Positions 1 to 11,337 of a stretch of DNA of 64,000 nucleotides are shown one piece after another. The stretch comes from Marsupella aquatica (lineage: Eukaryota > Plantae > Marchantiophyta): the NCBI GenBank assembly GCA_973895155.1, contig OZ316892.1, positions 14,748,861-14,812,860 on the forward strand. Reading direction: 5' to 3'. The position numbers and the translations under genes are program-made. The notes beneath the pieces were generated by a model. The model was not told the DNA's origin and did not search any database. It saw only the letters and a list, made by a program, of their open reading frames with translations. Positions within the stretch are counted from its first letter, which is position 1. Each line of letters begins with the position of its first letter.

Positions 1-284
1 TCACTATGGGTATCCGTACCATATGGATACCACATCTCGGCGAGGCCAGGTGTCTGTACAATACGGACACATGATTTCGCCGAAAAAACATTTTTCAAAT
101 TTTTTTCTAGAATTTTTCAACAAAAAAAAGTGGTCCATACGCCCATCTTGGCGAGGGTAGCTGAAATGCATGGAAGTGCAACGGCCCCATCTCAGCTGCT
201 CAGCTGAGATTCAGAAATTTAAAGGCGACAAAACTGATAACTGATGATCCTCTGTACCCCTCCCTTTATGATTGAGTCTATCTG

Positions 285-510
285 TGTTGTCTTTGTTTCA
301 CACTTAACCAATTTTTGAAAGTTACAACAAAAGGGACAATAGCCAAAATTAAACAGTTATCCTTGGTTCCTTCCATACTTAGACAAATTTGAGGTCTAGA
401 TGTGAGGAGACAATATCCACGTTGTCTTTGTTCCACACTTTGACAATTTTTGAAAGTTGCAATATGGGCCAACGGCCAAAAGCAGAGGATTCATTCCATA
501 CATAGACAAA
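285..510. repeat. Diverged ~135-bp tandem duplication
   Basis: GTTGTCTTTGTT(T/C)CACACTT..CAATTTTTGAAAGTT..AA starts at ~286 and again at 421, and each copy ends in TTCCATAC.TAGAC. Confidence 0.6.
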
Positions 511-3500
511 AGAAACATGTCAACTTATCAGCAACCTAAAGATGAGCGGTATGGTCAAAATTTAAACCTGAAGTTAGATATAAACCATATTGTCATTGCT
601 CAAAAACTTGCAGTTTGTGCGATAACCGCCACTACGTACTCTGCAGTTCCCCACACGATGCAGTTTATCAATCAGCATGCTTAATTTCACTCTAAACTTT
701 ACCCTGGCTCGTATTGGTGATAATATCAATTAACCTAAAACTTCTTGTAGGAACTGTTACAACTTCTTGTAATCTGAACTGTTACTGAAAGTGTCAGAGG
801 CGCCCTAGTTTGTAACAGAAGTTTTGTAAGGGCCTATCACATCAATATACCTCATGAAAAATATAATTTGATTCATGAGGTGGATTGTGGATGGTTTCAT
901 TTGAGAAAAGGAAAGGTCTGGCTAGTCACATCTGATTTGTCAATGTCCTTTCATTTATGTTTACCTTATTTTTGACTACATACCCCCTGAACTGGTCAAA
1001 ATTACTAGCCAATTCCCAAAACTCATCACTTGGTAATCCCCTCCAACCGTACCTTCACTCTCGACCAAGCTCTCCCATTTGAGACTTGCTGGAAAGCAAG
1101 TGCCACCTACTAGCTATGAGGAAAAACTATCACATTTTGGTCCCCTCACTTTCTGCCGCTTTCATGGTTAGCTGGAACAAATTATCAACCTCCATGTGTT
1201 CCTAGATCAATTACCTGTCATTTTGAGTTAGTTTAGTCTGGTCAACCCACCACTCGTCATATATAACCCAGAAGTGTCAAAGTCCGCCCACTTTTTCCAC
1301 ATTCCACTCACTTTTCTTCTCTAGGGTGCAAGTTTGCTCCACAATCTCAGGAAAATGTTACTTTTGAATGTAACTATGGGTGACTTGTAGCTTTTGAAGG
1401 GCAGGTGTGGTTCAATCAAACTCTCAAACCAAATCGGGGGCAACCTAATTAGTTTTGGGGGCAGATTTTGGGGACTCATTTGGGGGAACAGGAAAGTAAA
1501 ATTGGTTCTGTCTATCAGAATACTCATTTGTTTCATATGACTCATCTAGTAATTAAGTCTAAACTTGAAGGCATTTAGTCTTGGGTCTAGAGTTGTGTAA
1601 CTGTTGCTCTACTAACTGGAATTAGGTACTTTGTTAAGTTTGGATGTGCCACTATCATATTCACTAGCATGACTTGGCTAGTGAGTGAAACTGAGGCTCA
1701 TTGTTATGGAGCCCTCTGAGAGATGATTAAGGAGAGCTTACGCCCTGGAGACTTTGTATGGTTGAAGGGCATATAGTTCATCAATAAAGCTATCTTGTCT
1801 GTTCCTGTGGGCGTAGCCTCTAAGATGTGAATAGACTAATTCCAGAAACAGCAAACCCAAGACCCTTCCCCATAGCCAAACAGGAGGCCAACTAGACTGA
1901 TAGCAAAATGCATTCAAGGTCAAACTACCCAAACATGGCAAGCTGAATAACAAACCACTTAGAAAGACCACCAACATAGGTTCGTGACTTCATTTTGATC
2001 AGATAAGAAATATACTAGAGCATCTCCACCCCATCACAGTAAATGCCCGGCCAGTAGCTAGTTTTGTGAGAGGTGTTGGCTAAAGCACTTTTTCATCCAC
2101 ACCATGTACTCTGTTTTTGTATGGTCATACACTCAAGCCAACTCAAGTGTCATTTTGCAAGAGAAGGAAAAATGTCAGCATATTAAGGGGGAAATTAGTT
2201 TGTGGGCCTCCTCTCATATCTTCTGCAATACTTGTCATGAAGCCAATACATGTTCTCCTGATTTTGTTGTTTTTTTATTTTAAAAATAATACATACAGTG
2301 CAAGTAAGAGTTTACATCAAAAAGCTTACAACACTCTAAAATTTGCATCAAAAGATATTTTTATTTTTGATAAGCACTCATAAGTATTTTGTTGTCTTGT
2401 ATAGGGTCAATAAAATATATATTTCAAAACTATATGCTAAGGTTACGCTAAAGATGTAGTTAACTTAAAGTTGCACAAAAGATGTTGTTTAGTTGAAGAT
2501 ATTTTATGCTAAATGTGTTGTTGAGAAATGTATCGTGGTGCAAAATTAAGATAATTATCATTGAATAAAAGATTTTGTTTGCTGAAAGATATAATTGCGC
2601 AAAAACTGTTGTTGAGTAAAAGATATCATTGCACAGAATACAGGCTATTGCATACGGGCTATTGGATTTTTTCTTTATTTTTAATTTTTCTCCTTTTAAG
2701 CTTGTTCCCCCTTTTTTAGTACGTTTGGTTCTCCTCTTTTTCTCGCTATTATACTATGCAATACCAATTAAAGTTTTGTCATTATTATACATGACTATGA
2801 CCCTATTCACTACGTCATTGTAGAGAGAGGTCTCCTTATCCTTGTGCATTGCTACAGGCCCTCCCCATTTCCATTGTCTTTGTCCTATTGGATCCCTTCT
2901 TGCTTGGAAACTCTAGTCCCGTTTCAATCACACTAAATTATATTCTCTTTTTGTTTTATTCCTCTCTTTGGCTAGATTCATTCAATTTTTGGGAGATTAT
3001 TGATCCCAGTTTGGCTTCTGGTGGGCCAAAATTCTCTTTCTCTGCCCTTGGCCTGGTAATCTCTTGTTGTCTGCCCCATAGATGTGGGACATCAAATGCT
3101 CTCCATCAAGCTGGGTTTATTTAAAGTCCCCCTAGATAGCCAACTTGGCTACAAAAAAGTACTGTTCATGCACAATGTGATTAGCTAAGTTATGTTAGTC
3201 TTGAAGCAAACTTGCCAATTGAATGATGCTTCACTGATACATCTTATGTCATTGTTGTTGTGCTGAGAACATTTATGGTCCGGGCAATGTCTGGGATAGT
3301 CTTGAGTTGCTGTTGAATAACGCTTGAGGATATCTTGGAAAGTTTATTAGGTCCATGGCTCTTGGTACTCAGTGTTGTAAAACAATGTGTGTGCCTTACA
3401 CCACACATTGACTAGCTCAGTGCTTAATGTTTCACTACAACATGCTGCAAGCATGACATATGTGCGCTGGATCCTCTGCTGGATAGATACCACTTAATTT

Positions 3501-5087
3501 CTCATAATGTTGAACGATTGCCATGCTTGAGAGGACAAGAAATCTCAGAGTCACACTGATTGAGATCATTAAGTAACGCTTTTGGTGGTGTGAGCTTTCA
3601 CGAGAGTTTCATCTGGGGGACCAGAGCAATGTGACAACCTCTGGTAACTTTGCATTGTTCCGGAAATCTCTCAAATCTCACCTTATATCAGGACACAGTA
3701 CGTTAAAGGGGTTGTGAAGGTTGCACATGTCTCTAGACAGTTCTTTCAGAATTAGCTCAAATTAGAATTTAGCCAGCAGATTCAAAAAGTTGAACAGATG
3801 TTCAAGGCATCTCTGGATATTTTTGTAGTGTCCAGGCTATATTGCAATTCTCACACAGAATTCTAACTAGCATATGTACATTTAAGACAAATGAATCTAA
3901 TCTGCAAGCTTAGACAAGTGCACTTTGCACCTAACTTGAATGTCTCACCATTGCTGTTAGGATACTGGGGTGATAATTTTGCTTTTGACCATTATCATTC
4001 AGGGAGTCTCGGGGGATCAAAGCATGTGTAAGTTCTGATAATGTACCAGCTGATGGTTACTATTGATCTTGGAACAAAAGAGACACCTTCAAAACTTGGT
4101 ATGGCATCAACTTGTGAGGTCCTTGATCCTTAGGAAATTGATCTACAATCTTACATGGTAAGATAACCACATCCCCGAGCATACTAAGATGCAACAGTTT
4201 CCTTTATCCAATCTGGTTCTGTAACTTCCCCCGGGACCAGATTTAAAAGTCTTCTTATACAAAAAGATGATGATTGTATGATCTGTTCTCCCATTACTTC
4301 TATTTGCACTTGGAATCTGCGAATGATGCTTTCGTATAAGGAATGCTCTCCGTCTGCCATGAACCTGGCTGCAAGATAAGCTTATATATATTTTTAAAAA
4401 ATTGCTGCATAACCAGAAGCTTTCACTTTCCAATGAGTCTGTTTCAAGACACCACCTCACCAAATGAATTGTGAGTGACCTACGAGCCTTTCTCAAGCCA
4501 ATTAATAATACTTAGGCAGATATGCAAAAAATTGCTTTGTGTGTATATTGACAAGGTACTTGACGGTTTACACGCAAAGAATTGCAAGCCATGCTTTATT
4601 TGTCATAAACATGTCTCTAAACCAAATCCCCGACCAAATCATGACAAATATGTTTTTGGGTTGCACCCTGGAAAACATCTAGAGCATTTTCTTGAAAAAC
4701 TACTTCTACCATAAAATTAATCTGAACTCCTCAGTTAATATTGAGTTCTAGAAAATTTGGATTTCCAGTCGACCTAACCTTTCGAGTTATTGAATAACAA
4801 TGGAGCGGGTGCAAAATAGCTACTAACAATCACACTAGTTTCATTGTCTGTATGGCCTCCTACTTCACACTCACTTTGACTACTGTTTTGCAGCAACAGG
4901 GATTGTCCCAAAATTAAAGAGTAACCAATTATTTCCAAATATCTCATCTAAGCTTGATTCCATTCATCCTTGCATGGGTCCCATGCAATTAAGGAGCACT
5001 TGACCAATATATATCTTGAGCTGGAATCTGTAAATTGTGCCAACGTAACACGTTACAACAACCTTGCTTCTGGTGCCAAGAATCACA

Positions 5088-7871
5088 TTACATAGCAGTG
5101 AGTCTAGTTGTTCCACTGGCTTTTTCATCACGACCTTTGACAGTAGCTGGAGACTTTCCTGAGCGTTTGTAATCTCTGATCTGTATCATCCATACTTTGT
5201 AGTTGTTAGAGTTGATTGTTGTTAATATATCTAAATTTAATTTAATGGTGCATTCTAGGTCCATGATACATCCTGGTGCCTTGCAATATTCTAAGAATTA
5301 GGATCTCAAACTCAAGCTTTTGTGCAATAGTCAGCCTTAAGTATGTCATTTGTAGCTGACTATGTCACATTTATTTTCTTAAATCTAAAAGCCTGCTGCT
5401 TTTTCAATATTCTTAAGCCAGGCATTAGATATCTAACATACGTCTTTCTAGATGCTGAGCATATTTCCAAGCAATGCAAGGATTTTGGGTCTTATATATA
5501 GGGAAGGTAAGCAAACAGGTATGCTGACATGTGTACAACTTAACGCACCAGCTTAGCATAGTACTTCTGTGCATGCGTTCTGACTTGAGTGGAACTTCGT
5601 GTTCCTACAAACTTTGCTATTGCTGCAAAGTCTGTGCCAAAACTGTTGGAATCCATCCAGAGAAAAACATGAGCAATTAAAGTTTTTTTCATTGTCTGCC
5701 TGCCATTTGGAGAGATTATTAGGAGTAGTATTTGCTGCTATTCTTTGGGGATAGGGGGTGCAGTATAGAACTTGGAAACACTTGCTAGAATCTATAGTGC
5801 AATCCATTGATTATTTCCTGCAACTGGTTGAGGTCCCCTGAAAGCACTCACGTTTTCAAAGCTTTCTTGAACCGCTGTCTTTCCTCGTTTGTCCAGTATC
5901 TACTTTCTGAAACCTGGAAACAATCCAGTTCATGTGCTAGAATCAAAACAAATGATGATGCTTTGAGTTGTGCTTGAGTATTGTGAATGTGTGCATATTA
6001 CTCTACATTGTAAGGACTTCAAGCAAAATTGATCAAGTTTGTCTACTTGTACTTGTCTAAACAGGTTGGCAATTGACTATAATTATCAACAAATCACAGT
6101 GAACAGGTTGGCGATTGACTACAATTATCAACAAATCATGGAATTAACCAGTGAGGTATTGGCACCAACCTTGCTTTCAGGAGAGGAGGTTTCTCGATGC
6201 TCTTGAGCTCTCAACACTAAAATCTGCCAAAGTTCATCATGCCAATGACACATTTAGATTCTAAGTTGATATGGCCAGATTTCATATTCTATTACTCTAT
6301 GATCATCTTCCCCCCATAGAGTTCAAATGCATGCATTCTCGTGTTTTGCTTGGCCCTTGAAGGACTGGGACATTGTGTCATCTTAGCATTGTCTGTTCAA
6401 CTCAATTTTCTCTACATCTGTCTAGTCTCTAAGTGCTCTGATGCAGAGTTATTGTTCATACTTGTCTTATGGCCATCCATGTATTCCATGGCCTTTGACA
6501 CATTCATTCACGGCATTGAGTTTCAATATCATGACTATTTATCTATTTGTGCTAGGGGCAATGAAGTTGGAATATGAAAAGCAGAGCTCAAGACACGATC
6601 CTGAAATATACAATCCACAATTCAAGATCTTCATCCCTCTGTCAAAAATATATTCCTAGCACTCATTGTAGTCTCGAACAAATGATCACTCAGACAAGCT
6701 GCTAAATTTATTCATGCTATGCATCTCAAGACAATTATTTAATAGTTTGACAGAAATCTTGTATAGCATTTATCTCAATTAATTTCATTTCAAGTCAAAC
6801 AAATTTCTGACACAATGGGAGAGTAGGATAATTGTTCCACCAACTTTGATAGTAAAGGTGCAACAAGAAACAATTTTTGATTTTATTGCTATAATCCACT
6901 GTTTGCACACAACAGATGTGTAGCGTACAATGAATATGCCTGGGATTTATGATAATTTTGCTTGCATTAAGAACTTATTGGCTAATGCAGATCATTTTTT
7001 TGTGATGATGATCAAGCTCAAGTTCACACATTTGCATAGAGCCCTGCAAGATATTGGAATTCATTTATCATCAGGGGGTTCATTTGGCTCCTTGTCAAGC
7101 TGCTGATTCTTCATTACATTTGCAGCCAAGCTGGAGTGACCTCGTGCACGACGCAAAAGTGAGGTGCTATATAGAACATGCAAGATGAATCGACATATGA
7201 CCTTTTGTTTGGCTTCTTCAAGTTCTTTCTCAAGATGCTCAAGTTGCTGTAATCCCAAAGAATCCATTTGGACATAATGTTGGTCTGGAGCCGTTTTAAC
7301 ACATCTGGTAGTGGATGTTATTTGCATGGCTTCACTCTTCTCCATGATTGCTACGTAGTACAACTTTTTGCTCAAACAGACCCTCAAGTAAAATTCTGGC
7401 CGATGCAAGCAAGGCAACTATTGGCAGATGAGTTCACAAGGGCAGTGAGGACTTGTACCAAATGAGCTTTGTACCTTATGATCTGTTGGGTTAGCTATGA
7501 TCTAGTGGCTCTGTCAATAGTACTTGTTGCTGACTATAGTCTCATCTCAAAATGTTCTTGCTAAGAATCTCTTGCAGATGCTATGCTCTAACGTAAGCAA
7601 GGTCAAGTTTATTATCTATTTAAAGACAATTCCCAAGTAGTCATGATGAGATCTTCAATTTGCAAAGACTCAAGAGTCCCTAGTCAGATGGCAACCAATC
7701 TGGTGCTGATTCTAACTGTTTTCTCACGACAGTCAACCATGCATTATCCCAATCACATGGATATAATGCATGGGCTGGATGACCATTGAATCGCAAGCCA
7801 GGGCACTCCACTGACTTAGTATAGGCCTTCAAGTTGCTCCATTTTGATGTTGCTTAGGTCTGTGATTTGCC
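5088..7871 (-). pseudogene. Spliced single-repeat MYB (SHAQKYF-class, here THAQKYY) gene with an upstream coiled coil; probably disabled in its upstream exons
   Basis: GT-AG exons 7202-7304, 6170-6223, 5852-5913, 5549-5642 and 5088-5180 join in phase to give CVKTAPDQHYVQMDSLGLQQLEHLEKELEEAKQK-ILVLRAQEHRETSSPESK-VSESRYWTNEERQRFKKALKT-FGTDFAAIAKFVGTRSSTQVRTHAQKYYAKL-IRDYKRSGKSPATVKGRDEKASGTTRLTAM*. Putative upstream exons 7382-7482 and 7784-7871 each carry an in-frame TGA. The MYB domain is secure. The 5' structure and pseudogene status are less certain, and further exons may lie up to ~9 kb. Confidence 0.7.
6060..6138. repeat. ~42-bp tandem duplication in a MYB-gene intron
   Basis: AACAGGTTGGC(A/G)ATTGACTA(T/C)AATTATCAACAAATCA occurs twice. 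Confidence 0.8.
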
Positions 7872-10807
7872 CTGCCTTTGTTGAATTGTTGCAAGAAGCT
7901 AGGCAACAAGATGAAACCCCAGCCCAAGGTGTTGAGACACTTGTGGACACAAGAATTGTTTGTTAGCTTGTGTAAGAACACTCAGTAGTGATCCCCAGAA
8001 TGACCTTTGTTTGATTTGAATCATGTGATGCATGTGATTATTGTTAGAACTAAGTTGAAACACAACCAACATTACTTTGTTTCACTGGCTTGAATTTGGA
8101 ATCAAACTAATCATACAAGCACATTGATGATGAGGGCCACCTCTCAACCCATGTACGAGATGTGTGCGGACTTCTCAGGTCTGCTGCCATGCCAACTTTC
8201 AACTGATTGTGTATGTCACTGAAGTGTCGCGTTGGCCCTAACTCTCTTGGCAGTTATGTTATTGCACCCGGTGCATCTCTTGGCAGTTATATTATTGCTT
8301 CTGGGATTGTACCCTGAGAGCAACTAGGCCAGTTTAGTGCATTGCAATGCGGAAACCAGTATTGTAGTGCATGTATGTATAGTAATGATGCACAACAGCT
8401 AGAGTAGGCGGTCCTGTCAATCTTATACATGCTTTAACACAACAGACGGAATGATCTTTGCACTTGGAGAACAAAAGAAAGACTGAATGATAGGGATCAA
8501 CATGAACTAGAATGATCTGGAGTTTTGCTAACTTGTTGCAGAATGGAGCCTTGTGACTGAGTGATCTGTCCTTCTATCTGTCATCCTTTTATTGCTTACT
8601 ATCAAAAACAGGTGCCATAATGGTGACCAACACAATGTCTTAGTGGATTGATCATGAGCTTAGTGACATGTGTGTTTTGTCCCCTTCCATTTTTGTTATC
8701 TCCATTCATTACTTTTATATCATCTTGGGTGAGTTGGTCCGATCCTTAACTCATCGTTGTTCTTCACATTGGAAAAAATTTCTTCCCAAGAGTTTGCCTC
8801 AATTCCAGATTCTTTGTGTGCACAAGAGATTTGAGCTGGCCTCATATTCTCAGTCACTTTAGTCATACCATTTTATTTCTACTTTCATCTTCATTTGATC
8901 AGGAGAAATAGATGAAAACATATCTGGAAAGGTCCCCTGTGCTTGCACATTGCCCCGCACATTGCATCCAAACATATATTTGAAGCTTGACATCTGATGA
9001 AGATGTATGATTCTCTGATGAGTTCCTGTTAGGAGGTAAGAGGTACCCTTGAGATAGTGTAGGTGGATCATCTTTCCATAAAGAAAAACTTTTGCTAATG
9101 CATAGGAATGACTACATTTGGTCCAATTGATTTGAGAGCCAATTATTCTTCCACTGCCAGAATTTATTCTAGATTCTGGCAGCCTTGGCTTGGTGTTCGT
9201 CGTTGTCTATTGCTCCTTAATGTGTTTTTGAACTTAGCACAGTGGAGCTGACAAGTTTGCTTCAAGGATTCATGTGTCTATTTCAAAAATATGGAGTATG
9301 TTTCATAAAGTTGCTTTAGATACGGGGAATGTTGTTCGTCAACAGAATGAGTTACTATTTAAGTTAGGCTGGTGAATTTCTTTGGAAAACTTTCTTATGA
9401 GAACCACATGAAATCCCTAAGAAAACTAGCAAAAAACCATGATTCATGTACAAAACATTATCCTGGGCTTAATTCAATGCCAATTTGAATTACAAACAAT
9501 CCCCTGTTTTCAGACCTGCATTTGTCTTGGCATTTGTGAGAAAAGTGAAAAAATATCTGGAAAGGAAAAAAACAGAAACAATAGATATTGCACAGGTCAA
9601 CTAGGAGTGTTAACTTGGACATTGCAAGGGACATAAACCATCGATGGGCACAACAAAATTTTCACAACAATTGATTTTAGTGCAATTAAATAATATGCAA
9701 ATCGCCCTTGTCAGTCACAATGAAAGAGTAGACAATCAAATTTGGACTGTTAGATGTTGCAAAGATATAAACCATCCATGGGCAAGACGGATTTTCAGAA
9801 GATGAAATTAAAGCCCAAATAACTTGAAATTTAGTGTTGGACATTGCAAGGAATATCAACTGTCCACAAGCAATACACTCTTTGAATCGTGAGTTTAGAA
9901 GCCTAGATAGCATAGATGGCGGCCAAAATGCTCAAAATAGGCTTGAACAACTGGAATGACATCTCAGCATAAATTGAGAAGTGCTTTGTTGATACATTAG
10001 TTGTGTAACTTTCCTAGAGTATTCTTACTATGCTTTAATTGATAATTGTCTATGTGATTCCATCTGGATTGTGCCTGACTACTTTATATGCTAAATGACC
10101 TTTTTTTCCAAATTGTCCACTAGAGCTGATTTTAAATCTGATGTGCAAATTGTCTAATTAGGAGGATTGAACATGACAGGGGATATTCAAGGGCAAGGCT
10201 CGCTTTCCACTTAGGGATTGACTTTATGTCCAACATGAGCATGCAAATTTAAACTTGATATCCATCGTTGTGGATAAAATAAAATAAAATAAAATTGCAC
10301 TGACAAACTGGGGACAGACCTCCTTCCAGATCAACCAACAACTTTGCTCAACATGGTCACGACCTTACATACACCTACCCCTGTATGATTGTGACTTCCT
10401 AAATTGAGAGCTCTTAGTGTACTGTGGTGGTAAGTACCCAGGATCAAGAGTGGTTTTGTACATTAACCATCTCCTAACTCAATTTAAACAAGATAATGAC
10501 AAATTGAGGGATCAAACTTCTAATGCTCAAACCAACTAAGCTAATCAAACTCCATGCGTCTAGCACAGTGAAAAAGTCACTTAGGTATGCATTCAATATT
10601 TGATATAAATGTATAATATCTGGTCACATGTACTTATCTAGTTCCTCGTTGATTGAATGTAAATGATTTGGATGGAATTTGCATGTAACTGGATTTGCAT
10701 GTAAATCTTTTGTGAGCTAGAGATAGCCATTGTTCAGGCAGGCTTCAATTTTTTGGGGAGGGATGGGCTATATTAGGCTTAGAAGAGGGTTTTGCTAGTA
10801 CTTGCTG

Positions 10808-11146
10808 TGTTGAGCATAGACAATCGCAACGGTAAGCACATGACACATCCAACGCGCAAGTAGTCGACACAAGAGATACGTGGTTCACGTCCTCAAGGCT
10901 ACATCCACGGGAACACACAAAAGAGCTTTATTGAATTCTAAGCCCGTCGACTATACCAAGTCTCCACAGTGTAAGCTCTCCTCATATATCAAGTGGCCCC
11001 ATAACAATGAGCCTAAGTTCCACTTATCCAAGCAAACACTGCTTGGCATATAGTGTGCATCCTAGTTACCTAACCACGTCTCCGACTATGATTAGCCTAA
11101 CTACGGTTACATGTCATAACCCTAGACCTTGAGTAAATACCTAACA
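10808..11146 (-). repeat. 3' LTR of the Tork-like element (339 bp)
   Basis: TGTTGAGCAT...ACCTAACA; about 93% identical to 16286-16628 by manual alignment. Confidence 0.95.
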
Positions 11147-11337
11147 ATCTCCCCCTTGACTCTGGTCTAGGGGAGGGTCATACTGCTAACCTATATGATT
11201 CCTCAACGGGAAGTTCTGGATGAAAACCAAAACAGTTTCCCCTCTCTAACTAGAGCAAACCAAAACTAAGTCGTAGCCTATTACTATAAGTGAAGAAGAG
11301 CATATATCAGTAATTACATCAAATGTTAAGAAAACCC

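Noticed and set aside
1000-2100. LTR-like or TE-like sequence
   Set aside because: No partner LTR, PBS or coding domain was found in the window.
5553-5807. Apparent frameshift in the MYB domain (QQF/FGTDF)
   Set aside because: Explained by a GT-AG intron at 5643-5851; the spliced frame is intact.
7384-7386. Selenocysteine reading of the in-frame TGA near CLAC
   Set aside because: Land plants lack Sec machinery, no SECIS was recognised, and CGA>TGA decay is simpler.
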